Part shown: positions 21,005 through 31,527 of the stretch, one piece after another | Layout of the letters: every line of letters begins with the position of its first letter | How positions within the stretch are numbered: position 1 is the first letter of the stretch | Assembly: GCA_963813715.1 (NCBI GenBank) | Contig: CAWFAK010000017.1 | Span: 256,001-320,000 of the forward strand | Direction: 5' to 3' | Source: an uncultured Planctomycetaceae bacterium | GTDB taxonomy: Bacteria > Planctomycetota > Planctomycetia > Planctomycetales > Planctomycetaceae | DNA length: 64,000 nt | Made by a program: the position numbers and the translations under genes | Notes under the pieces: model-generated | Told to the model about the DNA's origin: nothing | The model's input: the letters and a program-made list of their open reading frames with translations, nothing else | The model's database searches: none

Positions 21005-21629
21005 TGGACTGCTCGACTCCTACTGTAAAAACCTGAACTCCGTCCAAGTCGCTACGGCGGAACAGGCAAAATCATTTTGCTGAACGTCTTCGAGCAAGCA
21101 GCAGAGACCTTGATCGCGCCCCGTACCACGAACAATTCCCTTGCTCGTGTGTATGTTTTGGCCCACTGCGGGTACGGAGGGATAAGCTAGGCGCTCTGCG
21201 GGAATACAGCTCCGGTAAAATTGGACTCTTGAGAAAAGTGTCTCCACACCCCGCAGTTTGACAAGCACGGACTTTACCAATCTACAATCACGCAGTTCAA
21301 GCGTTGGGGCGCGAACTCACCGGTTTTTTTCCAAGCCCTCACCATCGATTCACGCGATGGAGTTCATTTTTCACAGACGACCCGCTAGCGTTTGAACACT
21401 CCGGGCCGCAGAGACTGACAGCTGGCACGCACCGTTCTGGGGAGAAAGAGGCTGGAAAAGCTCAGGCTTGCGGCCGTCTGACTCGTGGCATTCTCAGGAT
21501 GCAGATCGAAGTCAGGCCCCCCTCGCGCGGACCGCAGTCCGCCATTCATCCGCTCGCCAGCTGCGCGGCTCGAGGGCAGCGTCGCCGCGAAATCCGCTCA
21601 CCTTCAGGACGGGCTCGGGACATGAGCAA

Positions 21630-22613
21630 GTGACGTTCCCAAAAATCGCCGCCATCATCATCAACTACAAAACCCCCGTTTTGACTCTGGATTGTCTGGC
21701 CTCGCTCCAGCCGGAGTTGGCGGACCTTCCTAATTCTCGGGCATTTGTGGTGGACAATGCGTCAAACGACGACTCCGTTTCCATTATGGAACGCGAGATA
21801 AAATCGCGGTCCTGGGAAAGTTGGGTGGAAATCGTCAGATCGGAGCAAAACGCCGGCTTCTCAGCGGGCAACAACCTCGGGATCGCCGCCGCCCGTCAGC
21901 TGGGAGAGCTTGATGGTTACTTATTGACTAACAGCGACACGATCATCCATCGCGGCGCCGTCAAAGCGCTCGCCGTGGCACTGACGCGCTCGCCGAAGAC
22001 TGGACTGGTCGGTCCGCGGCTCGAATGGCCCTCCGGTGAGGTCCAAGCCAGCTGCTTCCGCGCGATCAGTCCGGTGCGTGAGCTGGCGGCCGCAGCCAAG
22101 ACAGGCGTGCTGTCCCGACTCCTTCGCGGCGACCTGCCGATTCCCATGGATCCGCGCGACGGTGCCCAGTCCGAAACCGTGGAGTGGATCAGCTTCGCCT
22201 GCGTCCTGGTGCGGGCGGAAGCCTTCGCCGCCATCGGCCCGATGGATGAGGGCTTTTTCATGTATTACGAGGATGTCGACTACTCCTGCCGCGCTCGCGC
22301 GGCCGGCTGGCAAATTGCTTATGCTCCGGAAGCCCGGGTCGTACATCTGCGCGGCGATCGCACCCCTCAGGAGTTTGCCCAGGAAGAGCGAAAACGCCGT
22401 CCGCGGTTTTACTACGAGGCGCGGTCGCGATACCTGGCCAAGCACTACGGACGCACCGGTCCGCTACGGGCCAATTTGTGCTGGACGCTGGGGCGGGGGA
22501 TTTCTCTCTTACGCGAACTGACGTCGGGAAAGCTTCCGCATACTGTCGCCAACGAAGCTCGCGACATTTGGACCGGCGCGCTTTGCGGATTCTCCGGACA
22601 ATTGACTAACTAA
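21630..22613 (+). CDS. Glycosyltransferase family 2
   Basis: IIINYKT, VVDNASND, NAGFSAGNN, TNSDT, MDEGFFMYYEDVD. Confidence 0.92.
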   Translation: MTFPKIAAIIINYKTPVLTLDCLASLQPELADLPNSRAFVVDNASNDDSVSIMEREIKSRSWESWVEIVRSEQNAGFSAGNNLGIAAARQLGELDGYLLTNSDTIIHRGAVKALAVALTRSPKTGLVGPRLEWPSGEVQASCFRAISPVRELAAAAKTGVLSRLLRGDLPIPMDPRDGAQSETVEWISFACVLVRAEAFAAIGPMDEGFFMYYEDVDYSCRARAAGWQIAYAPEARVVHLRGDRTPQEFAQEERKRRPRFYYEARSRYLAKHYGRTGPLRANLCWTLGRGISLLRELTSGKLPHTVANEARDIWTGALCGFSGQLTN

Positions 22614-22615
22614 CC

Positions 22616-23731
22616 TTGCGTACAGGCCTAATCGGAACTCAGGTGACGTCGAGCCAATCAAGCGACCGCGAAATTAAGCCCGTGGTTCGCGTCGGTTGCT
22701 GTGCCGAAGTGACCGATCCGGCCTGGCGTTGGCTGGGCGACGACCTAGGGCCGCCCCTGGCTCAGTGGACGGTGGTGCTGACCCGCCCCCGCAATCAGTG
22801 GGAACGGGTGATCAAGCGGCCCGCGCTCGCCCGTTATCGGGCCTGTCGCGAATTGGCCCGCGGGGCGGCTACTGGCAAGTTCGATCTGATCTTCACGCAC
22901 TTACCCCTCATGACCTGTTGGACGGAGCTCTTTAGCTTGGGGCGTCGTCGCTGTCCACACATAGCGTTCGCCTTCAATTTCACCGATCTGCCGGGCGGCC
23001 GGCGGCTGGCCCTGATGAGGCGGGCCTTTCGCACGGTCGATCAGTTCATCGTCTTCTCGAGTTTCGAGCGCAATCTCTATAGCGAGTACTTCGGCATCCC
23101 CGAGGATCGCATCGACGTGATCCCGTGGCGCATCCGCGACCCCCGCGCCTCGACCGCGTTGAATCGCGACGCGACGTCAGCGACTGCATCCGGAGTCGCG
23201 GATCGGCTGAACGCCATCTGTGCCGTCGGCAGCCAGGGGCGCGACTATGCCACGCTATTTGAGGCGATGCGACTGGTGCCGCACATCCCGCTCGTTCTGG
23301 TGGCGGGAGCCAAGAATCTGGAGGGGCTCAGCCCGCCCCCCAACGTCGAGGTCCGCCAAAACATCCCCCTGGCTGAGGCCGAGTCCGTGATGCGGCGTTC
23401 GCGATTTGTCGTCGTGCCTCTGCGGGATGAGCGGACGGCCTGCGGGCACGTGACGATCATTTACTCGATGTTTCAGGAGCGGGCCGTCGTGGCGACCAAT
23501 TCGGCGGCGCTCGCAGAATACGTCGTTCCCGGCGGCACGGGCGTTTTCGTTCCCCCTCAAGACGCAAGTGCTTTGGCCCGCGCCATCGAGGACTTGTGGA
23601 GCAGGCCTGACGAAGCCGCCCGCCTCGGCGCCACCGGCCGTGAGTTTGCCTTGGCCAATTGCCTGGAATCGCAAACCGTGGCTTACATCGGCCGACTGAT
23701 CGAACGGGTCAAAACGACGGGCCAGGTTTAA
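22616..23731 (+). CDS. Glycosyltransferase family 4
   Basis: GSQGRDY, RFVVVPL, GHVTIIYSM, AVVATN, TGVFVPPQD. Confidence 0.85.
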   Translation: MRTGLIGTQVTSSQSSDREIKPVVRVGCCAEVTDPAWRWLGDDLGPPLAQWTVVLTRPRNQWERVIKRPALARYRACRELARGAATGKFDLIFTHLPLMTCWTELFSLGRRRCPHIAFAFNFTDLPGGRRLALMRRAFRTVDQFIVFSSFERNLYSEYFGIPEDRIDVIPWRIRDPRASTALNRDATSATASGVADRLNAICAVGSQGRDYATLFEAMRLVPHIPLVLVAGAKNLEGLSPPPNVEVRQNIPLAEAESVMRRSRFVVVPLRDERTACGHVTIIYSMFQERAVVATNSAALAEYVVPGGTGVFVPPQDASALARAIEDLWSRPDEAARLGATGREFALANCLESQTVAYIGRLIERVKTTGQV

Positions 23732-23792
23732 TTCGATCCGATGGCGGGCTCACAACCGCGTTCTGCGTCGCTCACGGTCTTCGATCGCCCTA

Positions 23793-25214
23793 TCACACCG
23801 AAGTGGTCGCGCCGCTCCGCGCGCCAGCGGGTTGCGGCGGCCAAAGCGCCCGCCGCGGGCCGGTCTTTTGCAGCGGCAGCGCGGCCTCGAAGGCCTCCAT
23901 GGGCTCAGGCTTCGCGAAGACCGGGCGCAGCACGGCCCCGCTCACTCCGCCGATTACCGCCGTGATCACGGGGTTGAGCATGGCGTTCAGAATGTTGTCG
24001 ATCGAATACAGAGTCAGAATCACGGCAAACGCGCAGATTGCCGCAAAGGAGGGATCGCTCCACAAAGGCCCCTTCAGCCGCCACCAGAGGCGGATCGGCG
24101 GAAGTATGTAGATCATCGTCACAGCCGCCAGGCCGATGACCCCCGATTCGCCGAGCGCGATAATCCACTCGCCGTCGGTCGTCGAGATGTCCTTACCGTA
24201 CTCGTTGAGCACGCGGCTGCGGCCGAAGCGGCCCCAGCCCCACCAATACCGCTGCAGGGCCTTGGTGGAGAGGATGTCTTCGTTTTGCAGTCGAAACTCT
24301 AATGACTGGGCCCGCTCTCGGCCGACCGTGCTCTCGGCGATGTGGACCATTTGCATCCCGTCCCAATAGGAGCCGGCCCGCAGCATCGGATACACCACGG
24401 CCGGCACACAGAGGAACACAATGGGCGTCGCCCGGCCCAATTTGCGAATCGCGAACAGACAGCCGAGTCCGGCCATCATAAGGACTATTGCACCCGTCGA
24501 CTTGCAAAAGATGGTCGTGACGAACAGCGCGAAGATCATCCAGCCCGAGTCGCGCTTGCCGATCTTCTTGAGAGCGCCCGTGAACCACATCCAAATCCCC
24601 AGGATCGACGCGCTCGTCATCCACATGCCGAGCATCAATCCGCTGGCCATCAAACCCTGAGGCCGCCAGCCGCCGAGCCGGGTGCCGGAAAAGCCCCCCT
24701 CGACGCCGTAAAGGAACTTCGAAATCTGCGGGCTCATGCGGATTTCAAACCAGCAAATCGGAATGTAGATGAGCGCTCCAATGACGAAGCCGAAGGCCAG
24801 TTCCTTTAGGGCCTCGGCATCAGTGAAGTAGACGCGGCCGATGAAGTACGGCATGCCCCAGGTGATGCACCGGTTGACCGACCACGACAACGAGTCGTAC
24901 ATGTCGATCCCTTCGACGCTGTTCGTGACGAAGGGCATGAAACACCAGATAACGATCGGCAGGTCGATCCAGCGCGGGCGAATCGAGAGCAGCGCGTCGA
25001 TATCGAACACCATGGCCGCCAAGAGAATGCCTGCGCAGGTCGCTGCCATCTTCGAATAGTCGGGCAGGCCCGGCAGGTCGAAGGTTGCTGCGGGCAGAAA
25101 CAGCCAGCCGGCCATGAACGCGGTGACAACGGCGCGCCGCGGCGGCAGCCACATGAACAGTAGCAACACGCAGGGTACCCAGCCGAACAGGGTAATCGGA
25201 ACCAGAATCGTCAT
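23793..25214 (-). CDS. O-antigen polymerase/ligase-like (Wzy) membrane protein
   Basis: Many TM helices; EIRMSPQ, GWRPQG, CKSTGA, SLEFRLQNE, TDGEWII; ATGA overlap with the upstream GT. Confidence 0.8.
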   Translation of the reverse strand: MTILVPITLFGWVPCVLLLFMWLPPRRAVVTAFMAGWLFLPAATFDLPGLPDYSKMAATCAGILLAAMVFDIDALLSIRPRWIDLPIVIWCFMPFVTNSVEGIDMYDSLSWSVNRCITWGMPYFIGRVYFTDAEALKELAFGFVIGALIYIPICWFEIRMSPQISKFLYGVEGGFSGTRLGGWRPQGLMASGLMLGMWMTSASILGIWMWFTGALKKIGKRDSGWMIFALFVTTIFCKSTGAIVLMMAGLGCLFAIRKLGRATPIVFLCVPAVVYPMLRAGSYWDGMQMVHIAESTVGRERAQSLEFRLQNEDILSTKALQRYWWGWGRFGRSRVLNEYGKDISTTDGEWIIALGESGVIGLAAVTMIYILPPIRLWWRLKGPLWSDPSFAAICAFAVILTLYSIDNILNAMLNPVITAVIGGVSGAVLRPVFAKPEPMEAFEAALPLQKTGPRRALWPPQPAGARSGATTSV

Positions 25215-26524
25215 GCGTTCGTTCTCGGCCGATTCGTTGCGCGGGTGGCCCGACCCCGGCGGCGCTCGACCACTGCAGCGTAGGTTTCGACCGTCTGTTC
25301 CGCAATCGACCGCGGAGCGTACCGTCGGGCCACGTCGGACCGAGCGGCCTCGCCCAGCTGCGCGCCCCATTCCGGCGCGTCGAGCAAGCGGGCGATCTGG
25401 TTTGCGAGCGACCGCGGATCGCCGGAAGCGAACAACAAGCCCGTTTCCAGGTCGCGGACGATTTCGGCGAGGCCGCCGGAGTTGGCGACGATCACCGGGC
25501 AGCCGAGACTCAACGCCTCGACGGCCGTGTAGCCAAAGGTCTCATAACGCGAGGGGACGATAGTGACCAGTCCACGCCGTCGAAACGCGTCGATCGCGCC
25601 GGGCGGCTGCTGTCCATGGACGACGATCCGTTTGCGGACGTTCGTATCGGGAACACGCCGGTTGAGGTACGCGTCGACGTGAACCAGCTCGCCCGTCTCG
25701 TCGAGCAGGCCACGATCGGGCCCGACAAAATCGAGCGTGAGAGTCGGGCGAGCGGCCGCCAGGAGCGCGAACGCGTCGATCATCACGTCGCCTCCCTTAT
25801 GACGATCAAAGCGGCCAACGAACACGATGCGGTTTCGATCGCAGTCGGGGAGATTCCAAGCCGGGCCGCGCAGTCGGCAATCGATGGGGGGCGGGATCAC
25901 CGCCGCGTGCTCGAGCGCCAGTCCATAGTGCGCACGCGTTTGTTCCAGCGTGTCGCGCGATGGTGACGTGACTGCGTCGGCGCGGGCGATGACCTCGCGC
26001 TCCAATCGGTCTCGGCGGGCAAAAGCAGCGTCTTCCTTCACGCCCAGTGCGCGGCCGTTCAAAAACCACGGGCCGTGCAAGCGAACCACGACCGGCACTC
26101 GTCCCAGCTTGATGACGGGCAGCGCCAAGCCCAGCGCCTCCTCGATCTCGATCAAATCGAGCGGAAACCGTTCGACCGCAACGCGCGCGGCACGTGCCAT
26201 CATGGTTAGCCGTGTGTTGAGCAGAATGTCGGCTCCGAACAAGCGGCTGGCCTTATTGGCCACTCGGCTCCAAAGTGTGCTTCGCGGCTGGAACTGCGAG
26301 ATGTCGAGAATGTCGCCGGAGTCGGACGCGGTTTGCGGCTGCTGGTCAGTGCTCGGCGCGACGTGCCAGGTCAAGATCACCGGGCGGACGCCCAGTTCGC
26401 GAAGTGCTGCCTCAAGCTCGACCGTGTGCGTGACGATGCCGTTGGGCGAGGCGCCGCGCGGCCAGTCCGGGGTCGACAACCCCACACAGAGCGGGCCACG
26501 TCGCGTGGAGGTTTCCGCACTCAT
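25211..26524 (-). CDS. Glycosyltransferase family 4
   Basis: FVGRFDRHKG, PSRYETFGYTAVEALSLGCPVI. Confidence 0.92.
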   Translation of the reverse strand: MSAETSTRRGPLCVGLSTPDWPRGASPNGIVTHTVELEAALRELGVRPVILTWHVAPSTDQQPQTASDSGDILDISQFQPRSTLWSRVANKASRLFGADILLNTRLTMMARAARVAVERFPLDLIEIEEALGLALPVIKLGRVPVVVRLHGPWFLNGRALGVKEDAAFARRDRLEREVIARADAVTSPSRDTLEQTRAHYGLALEHAAVIPPPIDCRLRGPAWNLPDCDRNRIVFVGRFDRHKGGDVMIDAFALLAAARPTLTLDFVGPDRGLLDETGELVHVDAYLNRRVPDTNVRKRIVVHGQQPPGAIDAFRRRGLVTIVPSRYETFGYTAVEALSLGCPVIVANSGGLAEIVRDLETGLLFASGDPRSLANQIARLLDAPEWGAQLGEAARSDVARRYAPRSIAEQTVETYAAVVERRRGRATRATNRPRTNA

Positions 26525-26542
26525 GCGTTGAGAATGAACAAA

Positions 26543-27997
26543 TCAGGGAACGAATCGCATGAAGACCAGACCGACGGCACAACCCGCCAGCGTCATGGCC
26601 ACAGGCCAGAGCTCCCGTCCGAACCGCAAGAGCCCGGCCCGGTATAAGGTCGCATATAGGATGACCAGCACCGGAGTCTCCGACAGCGCCACCGCCCACA
26701 CGACCCCCGGTAGCCCCCACTGGTAATAGGACAGCGGAACCGAGATCACGACCCAGACCGTGCGGACGGCCAGGCTAAACGCGATCGCCCGCGTCGCGTC
26801 GATGGCGATGCAGCATGCCGAAAGCGGGTTGAACAGGCACTTCATTGCCGAGCGAATGCAAAGGATCTGAAAGATCCAACCGGCTTCCCAGAATTTGTCC
26901 GACAAAAGGAGCTTCACGATCCCGGTGCCGGCCGTCATGCAAAATCCGAGCGCGGGCATGTGCAACAGCTCCATGACCCCGCGCAGTCGGTAAAACGAGC
27001 GGATCAGGTCGCTCTTGGCAGTGCGGAAGGCCGAGCTGTACGCCGGAAACAGGACTTGTCGCGACAGCCGCTGATTGAGCGAAACCAATGGGTCGGCCAG
27101 CTTGATCGCCAGTCCGTAAACGCCGACCTGACCGATCGAGATGTAGCGCCCCAAGAGTAGCACGTCGAGCTGCCGGGCCGTGAAGTCGAGCGCGCTATTC
27201 ACAAAGATCCATTTGCCGAAATGAAACTGCGTGCGTGCCGCGTCGCGCTCGAAGTGAAACCGACTGGGCGGGCCCGGCAGCGCCAGGTGCGAGAGCACGA
27301 GCACCAGCACGCAGCCCACGGTCGTGCCGCCGGTGAAGGCCCACACCGATGGCCACATCCACGCCCAGGCGACGGTGACGAGAAAGCCCGAGAGCTGCCT
27401 TAGAAATTCCAGCACCGTCACCCGCTCGAGCTTCATGTGCCGCACGCACCAATGCAGCGCCGAAGCGTCGAAACTGTCGATCAACACGGTCAGCCCGACG
27501 ACGGGAATCAAGATTCCGAGAATCGGCTGCTTATAAAACCAGGCGTACGGAAAGCCCAGGGCGCAGGCCAGGAGCCACAGCCCGACTCCTCGCACCGCTT
27601 GCAGCGTCCACGCAGTGTTGAGGAACGCCGGATCGTCGCCGCGCTGATCGCGAATAATGGCCGGCCCGGAACCGGTCGCGGTGAAGTTCGCGAGCCCTTC
27701 GAGAAAAACGTTCGCCAGGCGATAGAGTCCGTACGCTTCGCGATCGAGCAGTCGCGTGAGGACGACGCTGCTCACCAGACTCAGCGCCTGCCCGCCGCCA
27801 AAGCCGATCATCGTGACGGCGGAGCCGCGGAGGATTTGGGGCCGCCCAATCGACTGACGAGCGTCGGCGGCAATGGTGCCAACGGTCGCGGTCGCGTCGC
27901 CTGCGTTGGGCGCCGCGGCGGAACTGCTGGCTGATCCCTCGAGGCTGTCGGTCGGTGGCTCAACGACAACGGGGATGGACGGAGAAGATGCAGGCAT
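26543..27997 (-). CDS. Oligosaccharide flippase (Wzx)
   Basis: VLTRLLDREAYG, FLNTAWTLQAVRG, FGKWIF, DVLLLG; many TM helices. Confidence 0.88.
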   Translation of the reverse strand: MPASSPSIPVVVEPPTDSLEGSASSSAAAPNAGDATATVGTIAADARQSIGRPQILRGSAVTMIGFGGGQALSLVSSVVLTRLLDREAYGLYRLANVFLEGLANFTATGSGPAIIRDQRGDDPAFLNTAWTLQAVRGVGLWLLACALGFPYAWFYKQPILGILIPVVGLTVLIDSFDASALHWCVRHMKLERVTVLEFLRQLSGFLVTVAWAWMWPSVWAFTGGTTVGCVLVLVLSHLALPGPPSRFHFERDAARTQFHFGKWIFVNSALDFTARQLDVLLLGRYISIGQVGVYGLAIKLADPLVSLNQRLSRQVLFPAYSSAFRTAKSDLIRSFYRLRGVMELLHMPALGFCMTAGTGIVKLLLSDKFWEAGWIFQILCIRSAMKCLFNPLSACCIAIDATRAIAFSLAVRTVWVVISVPLSYYQWGLPGVVWAVALSETPVLVILYATLYRAGLLRFGRELWPVAMTLAGCAVGLVFMRFVP

Positions 27998-28097
27998 CGA
28001 AGTGCGAAATTACCGGTCAGCGCGTTTAGAGTCTAGGGTGCTTGTCTCAAATCAACGATCGCCTTCGCGACATTCGAATTCAGACAAGCGCTCCGTT

Positions 28098-28114
28098 CTG
28101 GCACGAGTTTCGCG
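28098..28114 (+). promoter_or_regulatory. Candidate sigma-54 promoter
   Basis: CTGGCACGAGTTTCGCG with GG-N10-GC spacing, upstream of the oxygenase-sulfotransferase pair. Confidence 0.4.
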
Positions 28115-28358
28115 TGTCACGCACAAATTCGCGCAGTCTTGATCTTGATTGTTTACGCGCGCGGCGCGTGATGTATTCTCAGCGTCGCGCATCGCTTTTG
28201 GGTGCGGGCGGCGAAGTCTGGACGGCTTCCGCGTGGAGACGGCGGGCAATTCGATGCAGCAGGGACGCGACTGACATTGATGCAACTGAGGTTGTTGCAA
28301 CTGGCACTGTCGGCATTGTAATTTCGTCCGCTGATTGAAATGTGAGAGCGAACTTCGC

Positions 28359-29161
28359 ATGTCCCCCAGTGATCTTTTGAATCCCATCGACCAGGACGCT
28401 TTGCGCCGCACGTCCGGAAGTCAAAACCTGTCCCCAATTTCGTCATCGACAATTTTCTGAAGCCCGACTTTGCCCAGCGCGTTGCCGAGGCATTTCCGCC
28501 TTACCAGCAGGCACTGGCGGTGGGGCGATCGTTTCAGGCGGTGAACGAAAAAGGAAAAGTTCAGGTCACGGATTCTGCACAATTCCCCGAGCCGATCCGC
28601 CAACTGAACGAGCTGCTGGCAGCGCCCGAGTTGCTCGGTCTGCTCTCGTATGCACTTGATATTCCCGAATTACTGGCCGACTCCCAATTGGTCGGGGGCG
28701 GCATGCATCAGACGGCGGCCCGCGGCCACCTGGACGTCCACGTCGATTTCAATTTTCTCGAAGAGCGGCAGTGGCACCGCCGCGCCAACCTGCTGATCTT
28801 TTTCAATCGCGAATGGCCGGCCGAATGGGGCGGCGAGTTCGAGCTGTGGGATGCGGAGGTGAAGGTCCGGCATCACGCCCACTTGCCGATCTTCAATCGT
28901 TGCGTGGTGTTCGAGACCAACGAAATCAGTTTCCACGGCGTGTCGGCCGTCAAATGCCCGCCCGGCCAGGCGCGGAAGTCGTTCGCCGCCTATTACTACA
29001 CGACGGCGGCGCCCGCGCACTGGGGCGGCCAGTCGCACTCCACGATCTTTCGCGCCCGCCCCGACGAATTTCTCAAGGGCACGGTGGCGATGCCCGCCGA
29101 AAAGGCCAAGCGTTGGTTTCACGGCGCCCTGCGGCGGATGAAGCAGCGAACCTTGGGCTAA
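28359..29161 (+). CDS. 2OG-Fe(II) oxygenase (frameshift near 28410)
   Basis: FVIDNFL, GGGMHQ, HVDFN (HxD), WGGEFELW, SFHGV, RKSFAAYYY; N-terminus MSPSDLLNPID lies in another frame. Confidence 0.88.
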
Positions 29162-29221
29162 CCGGCGACTGCGACCAATTAGGGAGCGGCCAACGGTAGA
29201 GAGCGGGCGAAGTAGGGAGTT

Positions 29222-30118
29222 ATGAAGCCAAATTATCTGGTGATCGGTGCGGCCAAATGCGCCACGACCACGATCCGCGTGCTTCTTGGACGCCATCCGG
29301 ACATCTTCATGGTGCGTCCGGAGCCTCAGTTCTTTAACGACGATTGGGTCTTCAAGCGCGGTCACAAGTGGTACGAGTCGCTCTTCGACGAAGCGGGCGA
29401 TCGCCCGTGGCGCGGCGAAGGCTCGAATTCGTACACGATGCACGAGCGGTTTCCGCAGGCCTTCGAGCGGCTGACCAGCTTTCTGCCCAAGCTCAAGCTG
29501 TTCTATGTCGTCCGCGAGCCCTTTTCGCGGATCGAGTCGTTCTGGCTCGAGCTCCGCTCGCATCATCCCGACTACGCTCATCCCGATTTCAATAAGGCCG
29601 TCTTTGCCAACCGGGCCGATTTAACCGATGCGTCCAACTACCTGCGGCAGCTCGAGCCGTATCGAAAGTTTTATGGCGACGACTCGATTCACGTCGTCTT
29701 CTACGAGGACTTTCGCCGCGATCCGGCCCTGGTGCTGAAGCGGTGCTTCGAGTTCCTGGGCGTCGATGCGAACGTCGACGTGTCGGCGGGCAAGACGCGG
29801 CTCAACGAATCGGACGGCAAAACGATCGCCGCTCCCTTTCTCTCGCAGCTTCGCTCGATCCGCGTTTACCGGCGGGCCGTTGACCGCGTCCCCTTTTTCC
29901 TGCGCGACACGGTGGCCCGCACGTTCTTCTATCAAAAGGTCACAGAGCGTCCGCAGTGGCGACCCGAAACGCGAGCCTGGGTGTCGCACCTGCTGCGGGA
30001 CGATCTGCGGTCGTTCCTCACGCAATATGGGAAGCCGGCCGATTTCTGGAATCTCGAGCCGGCGCTCCCCGAAGAACGTCCACGCGTCGCCGCCCCGGCC
30101 GAGGTCGCGGCGACCTAA
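29222..30118 (+). CDS. PAPS-dependent sulfotransferase
   Basis: 5'-PSB IGAAKCATTT; EPQFF; 3'-PB VREPFSRIES; FEFLGVD. Confidence 0.9.
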   Translation: MKPNYLVIGAAKCATTTIRVLLGRHPDIFMVRPEPQFFNDDWVFKRGHKWYESLFDEAGDRPWRGEGSNSYTMHERFPQAFERLTSFLPKLKLFYVVREPFSRIESFWLELRSHHPDYAHPDFNKAVFANRADLTDASNYLRQLEPYRKFYGDDSIHVVFYEDFRRDPALVLKRCFEFLGVDANVDVSAGKTRLNESDGKTIAAPFLSQLRSIRVYRRAVDRVPFFLRDTVARTFFYQKVTERPQWRPETRAWVSHLLRDDLRSFLTQYGKPADFWNLEPALPEERPRVAAPAEVAAT

Positions 30119-30176
30119 CGGACGGAAATCGTCGCACCGCGATACGGAACGTGCGGCTGGCGAGTCGCACCCACTC

Positions 30177-31346
30177 TTAGTGGAACGCGCTGTATTCCTT
30201 GCCCAGCACCGACTGCGCCACTTTGAGCTTGAGGATTTCGTCCGTCCCCTCGTAAATGCGGCACACGCGGACGTCTTTCCAGTGGCGGCCCGGGCGATAC
30301 AGTTCCGAGTAGCCCCGCCCGCCGAGCACCTGGATTGCCCGATCAGCCGCCTCGCAGGCCGCGTTGCTGGCGAAGTATTTCGCGTGCGCGGCCAGCATGT
30401 CGGCCTTCTCTCGCAATTGCGCGTTTTTGCGGTCGGCGTTGGAGGCCTGTTTGGCGGCGACGGCCGTGAACAACAGGCTGTCGGCCGCTTGTCGGCTGAT
30501 CTCGATCTGCGCGATGTGGTCCTGCACGAGTTGATGCTTGGCGATGGGCTTGCCGTGCTGGTGCCGTTCTTTCGCGTAGGCGATGGCCTCGATCAGGCAA
30601 TCCTCGATCACGCCGACGCAGCCGGCCGCCACGCTCAGCCGGCCGCTGATCAGCGTGGTCATCGCGATCCGGAAACCGTTTCCCTCCTCGCCCAGCAGGT
30701 TGTGGGCTGGCACCGCATGGTCCACGAGCTCGAACATGGCCGTGTTGGAGGTCGGCAGGCCGAGCTTGGCGGTCAAATCCTCGCAATGGAAACCGGGCCC
30801 GTCGGTGTCGACGATAAACGCGCTCACCCGTTCCTTTTTTCCCTCGGGGTAGGCAAACACGATGATCGTCTGGGCAATGCCCCCGTTGGAGATCAGATAT
30901 TTCACGCCGTTCAGGAGGAAGTGGTCCCCTTCGCGGCGATAGGTGGACGTCATCTCGAGCGGATTTGAGCCGGCGTCCGGCTCGGTGAGGCCGAACGCCA
31001 TGATCTTGTCGCCCTTGGCCGCGGCGGGGAGATAGCGCCGCTTCTGCTCATCATTGCCCCAGTCCATGATGGGCATCTGGCCGATCGAGATGTGGCCGGA
31101 AAACAGCGTGCGCAGCCCGGTTCCCTCGCGTCCGATGCGGATCAGCGCCTTGGCATACGTCGACAGGTCACAGCCCCGTCCGCCGTACTCGGTCGGCGTG
31201 AGCATGCCGAACAGGTTGTACTTTTTCGCCAGCTCGATCGACTCCGCGTTGAAGCGGTGTTCGAGATAGCAGATTTCCTCGGTCGGTCGAACTTCCTGAC
31301 AAAAGGCTTCGACGTCGGCCAACAGGGCGGCATTGGAAGTGGTCAT
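30177..31346 (-). CDS. Acyl-CoA dehydrogenase
   Basis: FGLTEPDAGS, LNGVKYLISNG, QVLGGRGY, IYEGTDEI. Confidence 0.95.
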   Translation of the reverse strand: MTTSNAALLADVEAFCQEVRPTEEICYLEHRFNAESIELAKKYNLFGMLTPTEYGGRGCDLSTYAKALIRIGREGTGLRTLFSGHISIGQMPIMDWGNDEQKRRYLPAAAKGDKIMAFGLTEPDAGSNPLEMTSTYRREGDHFLLNGVKYLISNGGIAQTIIVFAYPEGKKERVSAFIVDTDGPGFHCEDLTAKLGLPTSNTAMFELVDHAVPAHNLLGEEGNGFRIAMTTLISGRLSVAAGCVGVIEDCLIEAIAYAKERHQHGKPIAKHQLVQDHIAQIEISRQAADSLLFTAVAAKQASNADRKNAQLREKADMLAAHAKYFASNAACEAADRAIQVLGGRGYSELYRPGRHWKDVRVCRIYEGTDEILKLKVAQSVLGKEYSAFH

Positions 31347-31527
31347 AAGAGGTGCCGTTGCTGAGTGCGCGTGCGGAAAAGAATTGGTTTGAGAACCGCT
31401 GTATGATACGAAGACAGGCACATGATACGAAGAGGACTCCGCGGGGGCTATTGCAGCTGATCAAGTGCAGCCGCGCCAGCCGTGAGGTCCGCTGGCTGTC
31501 TCTGCCTTATCTTCGAGTTGTCGAACT

